Positions 30,515-40,660 of a DNA stretch of 64,000 nucleotides are shown here, piece after piece (positions within the stretch are counted from its first letter, which is position 1; each line of letters begins with the position of its first letter). Where the stretch lies: positions 2,529 to 66,528 of the forward strand of contig CAJUHO010000003.1 in the NCBI GenBank assembly GCA_910586195.1, given 5' to 3'. The translations under genes were made by a program, and so were the position numbers. The notes below the pieces were generated by a model. The model saw nothing but the letters and a program-made list of their open reading frames with translations, was not told the DNA's origin and did not search any database. This DNA is from an uncultured Bacilli bacterium (GTDB lineage: Bacteria; Bacillota_I; Bacilli_A; RF39; UBA660).

Positions 30515-31912
30515 TTAATTATTTTTATTAATCTTTATGACAATTTGATAAGAATTTTCAAAATCAATTTCATCACTATCAACCTGCAATCCTTGTCTTT
30601 CTAATTGCTTTATCTGATCTCTAATGCTATTTATAGCATCTTTAATCGTTATTGGTCTATCTTCATATGACGGCTTTCTCTCATTGTAAGATGTTAAATT
30701 TCTGTTACTACCTGGTATATTTTCAAAGAAACTATTAATTTCTGCTGCATCATGATCTGTTTTTTTCGAGTTGGATTTAGAGGAAGGTTTGGTATCTGTA
30801 TCCAAGGGAGAGAAAAATTTAAATGATGGTTGTACTTCTTCTTCCTCCTCACCTTCATCCTCTGAAATTGGCACTGGGCTAATTTTTAATAAACTATCCA
30901 AATCTGCAATATTCTTCGCTGCATCATTCATAGTTTCATTAATATCTTTCGTATTTGATTTTAAGGCTGCAATATCTACTGGGCTTGCGGCTGAGGAAGT
31001 TCCAAAAGAAAAACCTTCTTCTTCATCGTCATCATCTTCATCCGGATCAATTTCCCCATAATTAATAAATTTTGGCAATTCTTCTGGTTTTTCCTTTGGT
31101 ATATCCATTGGTTTACTTTGTGCAAACACATCATTTTTCATATAATTAGGATTTCCGTCAATACTATCCATAAGCTTTGGTCTTTCTATCTCTTCTGCAA
31201 AAGAATGTCCTAATTGTATATCATCATTTGGAATTCGTAAATTAGGCACCTTAATATCTTTTGGATTTTCAATATTTTTATTTGGAACTAAATCTTCATT
31301 TCTAATTTCTTCTTTTTTTACTTCCTGTTCTAATTCACGTACAGTCATTCTAGACTCTATTACTTTATTTAACATATCCTTTTGTTCTTCTGGATTTTCA
31401 AAATTTAAAAGAGTTCTAGCATGTCGCTCAGAAATCTGTTCTTTTAGTAAAGCTTGTTGAACATCCTCCGTTAAAGCTAATAGACGTAATTTATTTGCCA
31501 CTGCTGATTGGCTTTTTCCCATTGTTTTAGCAAGTTCTTCTTGCGTCATTTGATCTAATTCTAATATTTTTTGGTAAGTTCTAGCTTCTTCAACTGGATT
31601 TAAATTTTTTCTTTGCAGATTTTCAAGCAAAGCTACTTTAGAACTTTCTTTATCATCTAAGTTACGAACAATAGCTGGAATTTTTGTAAGTCCTGCTAAA
31701 GCAGATGCTTTATAACGACGTTCTCCTGCTATTATTTCATATTTATTTCCAATATTTCTTACAATAATTGGCTGTATTACACCATGTTCTTTAATAGAAA
31801 TTGCTAATTCTTTTAAGGCTCTATCATCAAAAACTTCTCTTGGTTGAAACCTATTTGGTATAATATCATCTAAATGTAAATATACTACTTCATTATCTGA
31901 ATGCATATACAT
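30515..31912 (-). CDS. noc: Noc-like ParB-family protein with roughly 200-aa acidic, low-complexity C-terminal extension
   Basis: N-terminal ParB domain (GERRYKAS, HTH QEELAKTMGKSQSAVANK) in the rsmG-noc-soj position; C-terminal DPDEDDDDEEEG / EDEGEEEEE acidic tracts. Confidence 0.8.
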   Translation of the reverse strand: MYMHSDNEVVYLHLDDIIPNRFQPREVFDDRALKELAISIKEHGVIQPIIVRNIGNKYEIIAGERRYKASALAGLTKIPAIVRNLDDKESSKVALLENLQRKNLNPVEEARTYQKILELDQMTQEELAKTMGKSQSAVANKLRLLALTEDVQQALLKEQISERHARTLLNFENPEEQKDMLNKVIESRMTVRELEQEVKKEEIRNEDLVPNKNIENPKDIKVPNLRIPNDDIQLGHSFAEEIERPKLMDSIDGNPNYMKNDVFAQSKPMDIPKEKPEELPKFINYGEIDPDEDDDDEEEGFSFGTSSAASPVDIAALKSNTKDINETMNDAAKNIADLDSLLKISPVPISEDEGEEEEEVQPSFKFFSPLDTDTKPSSKSNSKKTDHDAAEINSFFENIPGSNRNLTSYNERKPSYEDRPITIKDAINSIRDQIKQLERQGLQVDSDEIDFENSYQIVIKINKNN

Positions 31913-32061
31913 CCCTCACTTTTTATTCTTTTATATTCTTATCCCTATGATACATTATAAAGTAAAAAAAGAAATCTTTCAATGAATTTTTCATTATTTC
32001 TTTGTAAAGTAAGATTATTTTTTTAATATATGGCTAATTTCACTTTTTTTCATCCTCACTT

Positions 32062-32703
32062 TTAAGATTTATTATGTTCTATTACTACAAGGCTTCTAAT
32101 ACTATTTTCATATGGTAACAAAAATTTTTCAATTTTTTTAATTCTATATTTCCTTTCTATTTTATTTTTAACACTCATAGTCAATTCTTCTTCTATATTT
32201 CCTTTCATAGCAATAAAAGATCCTGTACCATTTACTAAATGCATTGTATAATCTAATAATTTAGAAAGATTAGCTACTGCTCTTGCTGTTACAATATCAA
32301 ATGTATCCTGATAATTTTCTGCCCTTATATGAACAGCCTTAATATTATCTAAGTTTAATTGTTTAATAATTTCATTTAAATAAACAACTCGTTTATTTAA
32401 GGAATCTAATAAAGTAATCTCTAAATCAGGAAATGCTATCTTTAAAACAATTCCTGGGAAACCCGCTCCACTTCCTACATCACATAATGTTTTTCTTCCT
32501 TTTAAATCTATCACTTTTGAAAGTGTTAGACTATCATAGAAATGTTTTAGGTAAACATCCTTTTCTTCTGTAATTCTCGTAAGGTTTAATTTTTGATTCC
32601 AATCTATCAATAGTAAATAAAACTTATTCAATTGTTCTAACTGTGTTTCTGTAAGAAAAATATTTAAATTTTTTAATGCTAATACAAATTCATCTTTAGT
32701 CAT
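32062..32703 (-). CDS. rsmG: 16S rRNA m7G527 methyltransferase
   Basis: DVGSGAGFPGI SAM motif; downstream of mnmG. Confidence 0.92.
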   Translation of the reverse strand: MTKDEFVLALKNLNIFLTETQLEQLNKFYLLLIDWNQKLNLTRITEEKDVYLKHFYDSLTLSKVIDLKGRKTLCDVGSGAGFPGIVLKIAFPDLEITLLDSLNKRVVYLNEIIKQLNLDNIKAVHIRAENYQDTFDIVTARAVANLSKLLDYTMHLVNGTGSFIAMKGNIEEELTMSVKNKIERKYRIKKIEKFLLPYENSIRSLVVIEHNKS

Positions 32704-34558
32704 TTCTTTCCCTCTTTCTAAGGTAAATCATTAAAATTGAAATATCTGCGGGATTTACTCCACTTATTCTTGACGCTTGTCCAATTGAGGTGGGACGTAT
32801 TTCTGCTAACTTTTGCCTAGCCTCACTAGCAATATTAGGAATTTCTTCATAATTTATATCTTCGGGTATTTTTTTATTTTCTAATAATAGCATTTTTTCG
32901 GCTTCATGTAATGCTTTTTTTATATATCCTTCATAACGAATATTAATTTCTACTTGATAACATACCTCTTCATCATAAGAAATATCTATAAAATGTTTTA
33001 TATGCTCTATCGTTATTTCTGGTCGTTTTAAAAGGTTGTAGAGAGTAATACCATCCTTTAATTCCGCAGAATTTTGATTTTTTAAATAGGAATTTACTTC
33101 ATTCGTTGGTGTTATTTTATTATTCTCTAATAATTTAAATAATTCTTGAATATCCTTCTTTTTTTGTAAAAAGGTTTGATAATTATCTTCTTGAACGAGT
33201 CCCAATTCATACCCATATTCTCTAAGACGTAGATCAGCATTATCATGTCTTAATAATAGTCGATATTCAGCACGAGATGTTAATAGTCGATAAGGATCCT
33301 TTACTCCCTTTGTTACTAAGTCATCAATTAAAACACCAATATAAGATTCATTTCTTTTTAAAACAAAAGAAGGTTTTCCCTCTAACTTCAAAGAAGCATT
33401 GATTCCTGCTATCAGTCCTTGTCCAGCGGCTTCTTCATAACCACTAGTACCATTAATTTGTCCTGCTGTAAAAAGGTTTTCTACTAATTTTGTTTCTAAG
33501 CTTTGTTTTAATTGCCTTGCATCGATAGCATCATATTCAATTGCATAAGCATATTTTTTAATTTTAGCATGTTCAAGTCCTGAAAGACTATGAACCATCT
33601 TTTCTTGTACATCATATGGCATACTTGTTGAAAATCCTTGGATATAAATATCATCATAATACTTACTTTCTGGTTCTAAAAATAGTTGATGACGACTCTT
33701 ATCTTTAAAACGTACTACCTTATCTTCTATGGAAGGACAATACCTAGGTCCAATTCCTTCTACATATCCTCCATACATGCTAGATTTTTCTAGATTATTA
33801 TTGATAATTTTATGTGTCTCATCATTTGTATAAATTAAATAACATGGCTCTTGATTTTCTACATCATAATATACTTTATTTTCAAATGAAAAGGTATGAG
33901 AAATATTATCCCCTAGTTCTAAAGAGGTTTTAGTAAAATCAATAGAACTTTTTTCAATTCTTGGAGGAGTTCCTGTTTTTAATCTAAGTATTGTAAATCC
34001 TAATTTTCTTAATGATTCACTTAAAAATTTACTGGGACGTTCTCCATGAGGACCTTCTGCTTTCTTCTCTGATCCTACTAAAATATTGCTTTTTAAATAG
34101 GTTCCAGTAGTGAGAATTACTGCCTTACAAAGAATTTTTGTTCCATCTTCTAAAATAACTCCTTGTATTTTATTATTCTCTACTATTAAATCTTCTACTA
34201 AAGATTCTTTTACACTTAAATTATTTTGATTTTTGATTGTTTTTAACATTTCTTGTGGATAAATTATTTTATCTTCCTGTGCACGAAGAGCTTGAACTGC
34301 TGGACCTTTTTTTGTATTTAGCATTTTCACTTGCAAGGCTGCTTTATCTGCATTTTTTCCCATTTCTCCACCTAAGGCATCTATTTCACGAACAACAATT
34401 CCCTTAGCGGGACCACCAATAGAGGGGTTACAAGGCATATCCGCAATATTTTTAATATTTCCTGTTATTAAAAGGGTAGAATGTCCCATTCTAGCTGTTG
34501 CAAGGGCTGCTTCACATCCAGCATGCCCTCCACCTACTACAATTACTTCATATTCCAT
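32696..34558 (-). CDS. mnmG: tRNA uridine 5-carboxymethylaminomethyl modification enzyme MnmG
   Basis: FAD-binding VIVVGGGHAGCEAA and full-length GidA family. Confidence 0.95.
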   Translation of the reverse strand: MEYEVIVVGGGHAGCEAALATARMGHSTLLITGNIKNIADMPCNPSIGGPAKGIVVREIDALGGEMGKNADKAALQVKMLNTKKGPAVQALRAQEDKIIYPQEMLKTIKNQNNLSVKESLVEDLIVENNKIQGVILEDGTKILCKAVILTTGTYLKSNILVGSEKKAEGPHGERPSKFLSESLRKLGFTILRLKTGTPPRIEKSSIDFTKTSLELGDNISHTFSFENKVYYDVENQEPCYLIYTNDETHKIINNNLEKSSMYGGYVEGIGPRYCPSIEDKVVRFKDKSRHQLFLEPESKYYDDIYIQGFSTSMPYDVQEKMVHSLSGLEHAKIKKYAYAIEYDAIDARQLKQSLETKLVENLFTAGQINGTSGYEEAAGQGLIAGINASLKLEGKPSFVLKRNESYIGVLIDDLVTKGVKDPYRLLTSRAEYRLLLRHDNADLRLREYGYELGLVQEDNYQTFLQKKKDIQELFKLLENNKITPTNEVNSYLKNQNSAELKDGITLYNLLKRPEITIEHIKHFIDISYDEEVCYQVEINIRYEGYIKKALHEAEKMLLLENKKIPEDINYEEIPNIASEARQKLAEIRPTSIGQASRISGVNPADISILMIYLRKRERND

Positions 34559-34565
34559 AATATTC

Positions 34566-35921
34566 CTACTTTCCTACACAAAAATTTGCAAATAGATGAT
34601 CTATAATTTCTTCGCTGTATTCTTCGCCAATTACTTCACCTAATAAATCGAAAATATTTTTTAAATCAATTGTAAGCATATCAATTGGTAAATCTTTTTC
34701 AATTTCATCTAGAATATTCATTAAAATATCATATGATTTTTTTATAAGAGATACTTGTCTAGCATTACTTAAATAAGTAGTATCTATATTTTCTATCTTT
34801 TCTAAATTAAATAAATCTTTTATTTTTTCTTTTAAACATCTTATTCCGTCTTCTTCTTTTGTATTAGTACTTACTACTTGAAAATCTTTAATATCTTTTT
34901 CCTGTAATTTACTTTCTAAATCGTTTTTATTAAGCACTACAATTGTTTTTTCTTTATCCACCTTTTTTAATAATTCTAAGTCTTGTTCTGTTAACACTTC
35001 GGCTCCATTTAAAACAAGTAAAATAAGATTAGCATCATTTATTAGTGAAAGACTTTTTTCTACTCCAATTTTCTCAATTTTATCTTCTGTATTACGAATT
35101 CCTGCAGTATCAATCATATTTAAGCAAATACCATCAATATTAATATTTCCTTCCACAATATCACGAGTTGTTCCTTCAATATCGGTAACGATTGCTTTTT
35201 CCTGGCCTAGCAGACTGTTTAAGATACTACTCTTTCCGACATTAGGACGTCCAATAATGATTGTTTTTATTCCCTCTTTTATCACACTACCACTTTTAGC
35301 ATCCTCTAGTAACTTTTCTAATTCTTTTAATAATTCTTTAGAGGTTGCCTTTATTTTATCAATTGTCACAATTTCAATATCATAGTATTCGGGATAGTCA
35401 ATATTTACTTCAATACTAGCTAGTAAATCTTTTATTTTTTCTCTAAGATTTTGAATATGATTAGAAAGTTTCCCTTGTAATTGTCCCAATGCTTGACGTC
35501 GTGCAATATCACTTTTACTTTCAATCAGATCCATTACAGCTTCCGCTTGAGTTAAATCGATTCTCCCATTTAAAAAAGCTCTTTTCGTAAACTCTCCTGC
35601 TTCTGCTATTCTTGCCCCATGCAGTAAAATAATTTCTAAAATACGATTCGTTGTTATAATTCCACCATGACAGTTTATCTCTACTATATCTTCCATTGTA
35701 AAAGTTCTAGGAGATTTCATAATAGTCACTAATACTTCGTCTATTAATTCTTCTTTCTCTTTTATATATCCATAATGTATTGTATGAGATGGAGCTGTTG
35801 TTAAATCTTTTCCCATAAATATCTCATTTACAATAGGGATTGCATTTTCTCCACTTATTCTGACAATGGAAATGGCACCCTTGCCTAATGCTGTGGAAAT
35901 TGCAACAATTGTATCTTTCAT
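34566..35921 (-). CDS. mnmE: tRNA modification GTPase MnmE
   Basis: GRPNVGKSS G1 motif and C-terminal CxGK. Confidence 0.95.
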   Translation of the reverse strand: MKDTIVAISTALGKGAISIVRISGENAIPIVNEIFMGKDLTTAPSHTIHYGYIKEKEELIDEVLVTIMKSPRTFTMEDIVEINCHGGIITTNRILEIILLHGARIAEAGEFTKRAFLNGRIDLTQAEAVMDLIESKSDIARRQALGQLQGKLSNHIQNLREKIKDLLASIEVNIDYPEYYDIEIVTIDKIKATSKELLKELEKLLEDAKSGSVIKEGIKTIIIGRPNVGKSSILNSLLGQEKAIVTDIEGTTRDIVEGNINIDGICLNMIDTAGIRNTEDKIEKIGVEKSLSLINDANLILLVLNGAEVLTEQDLELLKKVDKEKTIVVLNKNDLESKLQEKDIKDFQVVSTNTKEEDGIRCLKEKIKDLFNLEKIENIDTTYLSNARQVSLIKKSYDILMNILDEIEKDLPIDMLTIDLKNIFDLLGEVIGEEYSEEIIDHLFANFCVGK

Positions 35922-35992
35922 AAATTTTACTTCCCTTCCAAATTACTAGACATATTCTAACACAATCCCAAGAAAAAAAGAAGACTAAGCTT

Positions 35993-36718
35993 CTATTTCT
36001 TATAGGGTGACTTTTTAATAGTACCTTCATCAAAGGTTGATACTATTTTATGATTTTCTAATGATACTTCTAATATGTTTTGCGCCCTTTTTCCAAAAAA
36101 TGCACTTTGCTCTCTTTTACTAAGACTATAAATATCAAAAGATCTGAAATTTTCTATATCATCGTTAGAAATACGAAATTCTGCATCTTTTCCATATTTT
36201 TCTAATGCACATAGTAAATTCTTTTCTTCACTTTCTAAATCTATTGCTATATTTTTGGGATTCTGAATAATTTCAATTCCATTTTTTTCACTTACTACTT
36301 TATCTCCCCTATATCTTTTCATCTCTGTTAAAACAGACTCTGCATTTCTTAAATAACGTAGAAAATCACAACATTTTAAAGAACATTTTCGGTTTATAGT
36401 CACTGAAGTCAAAGGACAATCTGGTAACTTCAAAAATTCTCCTTTACATTTTAATATCAAAGCATATTTTAATACTAAAGTTCCTTCATAATACTTTTTT
36501 TTAGAAGAAGATGGCGCAAAAAGTGTTCCGTCCTCACCTATTTCAAGATTTTCCAAAAATTCCTGATATTGTAACTGCTCTGTTATTTTTTCTATTTCTT
36601 TTAGATAATTTTTTACTTCTACTGTTTGTTCCATTGCCAGTTTATTAGCAACTGCTAAATCATAAGATGCCCTACTTTCTTCTTTTAATTTTTCTATTTT
36701 TTTATTTATCATATCCAT
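35993..36718 (-). CDS. hypothetical protein (N-terminal coiled coil, Cys-containing C-terminal domain)
   Basis: ORF inserted between mnmE and jag; probable start MDMINKK with an AAGGAAGGGA RBS; no family recognised. Confidence 0.55.
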   Translation of the reverse strand: MDMINKKIEKLKEESRASYDLAVANKLAMEQTVEVKNYLKEIEKITEQLQYQEFLENLEIGEDGTLFAPSSSKKKYYEGTLVLKYALILKCKGEFLKLPDCPLTSVTINRKCSLKCCDFLRYLRNAESVLTEMKRYRGDKVVSEKNGIEIIQNPKNIAIDLESEEKNLLCALEKYGKDAEFRISNDDIENFRSFDIYSLSKREQSAFFGKRAQNILEVSLENHKIVSTFDEGTIKKSPYKK

Positions 36719-36792
36719 CCGTCCCTTCCTTAATAACTTTTTCATACATGAATTTATTTACTTTATTAATAATTATTAGAATAAAAAAAGAC

Positions 36793-37407
36793 CTAGTCTT
36801 CTCTTGATTTAATTACCACAGCCCGATTAGGTTCCTCCCCAACGCTTTCTGTATATACCATTTTATTATTAGCAAGGGTATTATGAACAATTCTTCTTTC
36901 ATATGAATTCATAGAGTCCATTTTAACTTCAATTTTAGAACTTGCTACTTCCCTAGCTATACGTTTTGCAAGAAGCTCTATTTGCTTTTGATGGTGCTCT
37001 TTATAGTCACTAACATCAATAGAAAACTTAAAAGGTACACTTAATTCTCTTTTTAAAGCTTGTCCTACCACCGTGGAAAAAGCATGCAAATTTTTTCCAC
37101 CTTTTCCTATTAATAAAGCATCATTATCTGAATAAATAATATAGTTGGGAACTTCTTCTTTCAATTTTACTTCAATATTAATACTAAATCCTAAATCTTT
37201 TAGCAACCCTTGCATATATTCTTTTAAAAACTTTATAATTTCCCGTTTTTCAATGACTTCTATTTCTATCTTTTTACTTTTAAATAGGCCACCTTTTATT
37301 TCTTCTTTTTCAATAATAATAAGGTTGTTTTCTGTCTCTTGCAAATCGAGTTTTGCAATATTTATTGCTTCTTCTTTGGTTTTTCCAACATACTTATGCT
37401 TTTCCAT
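36793..37407 (-). CDS. khpB: RNA-binding protein KhpB/Jag (KH + R3H)
   Basis: KH GKGGKNL motif and C-terminal R3H (SYERRIVHNTL); downstream of yidC. Confidence 0.88.
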   Translation of the reverse strand: MEKHKYVGKTKEEAINIAKLDLQETENNLIIIEKEEIKGGLFKSKKIEIEVIEKREIIKFLKEYMQGLLKDLGFSINIEVKLKEEVPNYIIYSDNDALLIGKGGKNLHAFSTVVGQALKRELSVPFKFSIDVSDYKEHHQKQIELLAKRIAREVASSKIEVKMDSMNSYERRIVHNTLANNKMVYTESVGEEPNRAVVIKSRED

Positions 37408-38329
37408 TTTTTTCTTTACTCCTTTTTACCAATATATTTTGGAATATTGTAAAGACATTTGTTGTTACCCAATAAATTCCTAATGCAGATGGCATAAATA
37501 AGGCCATGACAATAATCATTACACTCATCATGATAGGCATCATTTTCATATTCATGTTACCACTAGTTCCTGCTACATTCATTTTGAAAGAGTAGTATGT
37601 TGTTAAGGCGATAATTATCATTAATACTAAATAGGCATACCATGTACTAGTTGCAAAACCAATCATTGGTGTTGTTCCTAATTGAAGAGATAAAAATTTA
37701 TCTTCGAATAATGCTGGTGTTCTTTGAACTGCTTCGAAAAAGGCAATAAATAGGGGTAATTGAAGCATTGAAAACAGACATCCAGATAGGGGACTTATGT
37801 TATATTTTTGATAGACAGCCATTAATTCCTGATTTTGTTTTAACATGGAGTCCTGATCTTGTTTTCCTTCATATTTTTTTTGAATACGATTAATTTCTGG
37901 TTGTGCCTTTTTTAAAATCTCAGATTGCATTGCTGTTTTTTTAGTAACAGGGTATGCAATTAGACGAATTATTAAACTAACAATAATAATCGATAGAGCA
38001 TAACTACTTAATACTTTTCCTAATAATAAAAGAATAAATGCAAGAGGCTTTATAAAAATGCTTGTCCATAATCCCTCATATACTCCAGAATTTATCTTAA
38101 AATCTTCACATTCTGGTAATTTCTTCATTTCTACTTTATTTTTTTCATAAGCTTTTATTGTTTCCTTATCAGTTGGTCTACATAATATATTTTCTGTTAA
38201 ATTTTGACCTGTAACTTCATTTTTAACAGGGTTACCTTTTTTATCTACTAATGTTTTAGTACATCCTGTTGTTAACAATAATAAAATAACTACAATTATT
38301 ATTTTTTTCTTATACTTTGTATTTTTCAT
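37394..38329 (-). CDS. yidC: membrane protein insertase YidC/SpoIIIJ
   Basis: Lipobox LLTTGC; five-TM Oxa1 core with basic C-terminus. Confidence 0.92.
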   Translation of the reverse strand: MKNTKYKKKIIIVVILLLLTTGCTKTLVDKKGNPVKNEVTGQNLTENILCRPTDKETIKAYEKNKVEMKKLPECEDFKINSGVYEGLWTSIFIKPLAFILLLLGKVLSSYALSIIIVSLIIRLIAYPVTKKTAMQSEILKKAQPEINRIQKKYEGKQDQDSMLKQNQELMAVYQKYNISPLSGCLFSMLQLPLFIAFFEAVQRTPALFEDKFLSLQLGTTPMIGFATSTWYAYLVLMIIIALTTYYSFKMNVAGTSGNMNMKMMPIMMSVMIIVMALFMPSALGIYWVTTNVFTIFQNILVKRSKEKNGKA

Positions 38330-38672
38330 CTCTTCGCTCCTTATTTTTATAGTGACTTATCATTAATTCAAATAAACTTTCTTTCATCTCTTGATAAGAC
38401 AGTAAAAGACAGTTCTTTCTTATTATTATAATATAATTCATACTATTTTGCGAGATTTTTTTATATTCATCAATAATAGAACGTATTTTTCTTTTATACT
38501 TGTTACGAATTACTGCATTTCCTATTTTCTTACCAACTGAAATCCCATATTTATCATAACCTAAAGAATTTTTTTCATAGTAAATAACATAATTCTTATT
38601 TTTAATACAAAATCCAGATTTTATAATCCTATTAAAATCTTCCTGTCTTTTTACTATATTTCCTTTTCTCAT
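38310..38672 (-). CDS. rnpA: ribonuclease P protein component
   Basis: 120 aa basic protein with RNR-like GISVGKKIGNAVIRNKYKR motif, between rpmH and yidC. Confidence 0.88.
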   Translation of the reverse strand: MRKGNIVKRQEDFNRIIKSGFCIKNKNYVIYYEKNSLGYDKYGISVGKKIGNAVIRNKYKRKIRSIIDEYKKISQNSMNYIIIIRKNCLLLSYQEMKESLFELMISHYKNKERRDEKYKV

Positions 38673-38716
38673 TTTTTCACCTACTTAAAAGCAAAAAACC
38701 ACTGAAATCAGTGGTA

Positions 38717-38839
38717 TTATTTGCATAATCTTTTACGACCCTTGCGACGACGTCGATTTAAAATATTTGTTTTCTTACGTGCAAAAAATCCATGTTTTTT
38801 TGCTTTTTTACGATTATTGGGTTGATACGTTCTTTTCAT
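38717..38839 (-). CDS. rpmH: 50S ribosomal protein L34
   Basis: [24 protein letters not shown]...; start moved to MKRTYQP. Confidence 0.93.
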   Translation of the reverse strand: MKRTYQPNNRKKAKKHGFFARKKTNILNRRRRKGRKRLCK

Positions 38840-38899
38840 CCATTCCACCTCCAGACATAAATCTACATTATTATAATAATAATAAATTGTATTTGTCAA

Positions 38900-39151
38900 T
38901 TAAAAGTTATAATTTATTATTTTATTTTTCCACGATTTCAACAGATATGTGGATTATTTTTTTCACTATGTGTATAAAAAATTGTGGAAAATGTGGAAAA
39001 GTACTTTTCATTATTTAAATTCAATCACTAAATTTGTGGAAAAGATTGTGAATATCCTGTGAATTTATTTTTTTCGATTAAAATTGTTTATTTTTTCAAC
39101 AATTTGAGATACACTATTTTTAAGTTTTTAAGTTGTGGGGAGAGGGTATGA
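38900..39151. promoter_or_regulatory. oriC left DnaA-box cluster and dnaA promoter region
   Basis: TTTTCCACG at 38925-38933; TGTGGATTA at 38947-38955; TGTGGAAAA at 38982-38990, 38991-38999 and 39034-39042; each within one mismatch of TTATCCACA. Confidence 0.8.
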
Positions 39152-40519
39152 ATGAACGTAGAAATTTTATGGTCAAAATTTTTATCAACAATCAAAAATG
39201 AACTTTCCTCTCTTTCTTTTAATATTTGGTTTAAAGATACAGAACTTTATAAATTAGAAGAGGAAAAAGCAATTATTATCGTTCCAATGCCAATTCATAA
39301 AAAGCATTTACCTGATAATTATTCCGAAATTATTATTAGCACTCTAAATCAGATTACTGGTACAAATTTTGAACTTGAATTTCTCTTAAAAGAGGAGATG
39401 GAAGCAGAACCTAAGGAGGAGCTTTTTCCACCACAAACAATTAGTGAAGGCGTTCCCTCTACAAATCTTATTCAAACCAACTTAAAAAAGCAGTATACTT
39501 TTGAAAATTTCTATGTAGGAAACAGTAATAAATTTGCACAAGCAGCAGCACTTTCTGTAGCAGAAAATCCGGGTAAAATGTATAATCCCTTATTTATTTA
39601 TGGAAATAGTGGTCTCGGGAAGACTCATTTAATGCACGCTATTGGAAACTATATTGTTGAAAATAGTAATAGGCGTGTTTTATATGTTACAAGTGATCAA
39701 TTTATTGAAGATTTTATTGGTATTAATAAAAAAAATAAAAAAGAAGCAAATTTTGACTGTGTAGATTTCTTTAAAAATAAATATCGTAATATCGATGTGT
39801 TAATAATCGATGATATTCAGTTCTTAGGGCCTGCTACACAATCTCAGCAAGAATTCTTTCATACTTTTAATTCTCTTTATAGCGATTCTAAACAAATTAT
39901 TATATCTTCCGATCGTTCCCCAGATGATTTAAAACTCTTAGAAGATAGACTTAGAACCCGTTTTTGTTGGGGATTAACTGTAAATATTTTTCCACCAGAC
40001 TTTAATCTTCGAGTCGAAATTTTAAAGAAAAAAATAGCAGCAGGCAACTTTGAGAAGGAAATTCCACAAGATGTTGTGGAATATATTGCTTCCAATATTG
40101 GAAATGATGTTCGGCAGCTTGAGGGCTCCATCACTCGTTTGATTGCATATTCTACCATAATGAGTGGAGCAGAAATCAATCTAGATTTAGCAATTGACGC
40201 TTTAAAAGACTTTATTAGTAAGGGAATCTGTGAAAAAAATGATATCCATAGAATTCAGCGAATTGTTTCTGAATACTTTCAAATTTCAGTGGAAGATATT
40301 AGAAGTAAAAAGAGAAGCGCTAATATTGCATTTCCTAGGCAGATTGCCATGTATCTGTGTAGAACAACCACCAGTGAATCTTTTCCTAAAATAGGAACAG
40401 AGTTTGGGGGAAAAGACCATTCTACCGTTATGCACTCTGTTGAGAAGATTGAAAATGAAATTAAGGTAAATAAAGATTTAGCAAATATTATTGAAAAATT
40501 AAAAAAGGATATTGAATAG
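39152..40519 (+). CDS. dnaA: chromosomal replication initiator DnaA
   Basis: AAA+ Walker A GNSGLGKTHL and C-terminal DnaA signature helix. Confidence 0.97.
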   Translation: MNVEILWSKFLSTIKNELSSLSFNIWFKDTELYKLEEEKAIIIVPMPIHKKHLPDNYSEIIISTLNQITGTNFELEFLLKEEMEAEPKEELFPPQTISEGVPSTNLIQTNLKKQYTFENFYVGNSNKFAQAAALSVAENPGKMYNPLFIYGNSGLGKTHLMHAIGNYIVENSNRRVLYVTSDQFIEDFIGINKKNKKEANFDCVDFFKNKYRNIDVLIIDDIQFLGPATQSQQEFFHTFNSLYSDSKQIIISSDRSPDDLKLLEDRLRTRFCWGLTVNIFPPDFNLRVEILKKKIAAGNFEKEIPQDVVEYIASNIGNDVRQLEGSITRLIAYSTIMSGAEINLDLAIDALKDFISKGICEKNDIHRIQRIVSEYFQISVEDIRSKKRSANIAFPRQIAMYLCRTTTSESFPKIGTEFGGKDHSTVMHSVEKIENEIKVNKDLANIIEKLKKDIE

Positions 40520-40660
40520 GGGATGTGGATAATTTTTACTTATTATTTTACTTTTCCACAAACTTTATTGTAAAATAATACTTGTAAATTCGTTTTAAAA
40601 AAAGTTTTGAACTTTTTCCACAGTAATAATAACAATAAAAAATAAGAAAGAAGGAATATT
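40520..40660. promoter_or_regulatory. oriC right DnaA-box cluster and AT-rich unwinding region
   Basis: Perfect TGTGGATAA at 40523-40531; TTTTCCACA at 40551-40559 and 40613-40621; A/T-rich spacer. Confidence 0.8.

Noticed and set aside
30771-31061. 96-aa Ser-rich ORF on + strand
   Set aside because: Antisense to the poly-acidic region of noc (GAn repeats read as Ser codons); spurious.
35824-36033. 69-aa Cys-rich ORF overlapping the mnmE start
   Set aside because: Lies in an alternative frame across the mnmE N-terminus and intergenic region; no RBS; likely chance ORF.
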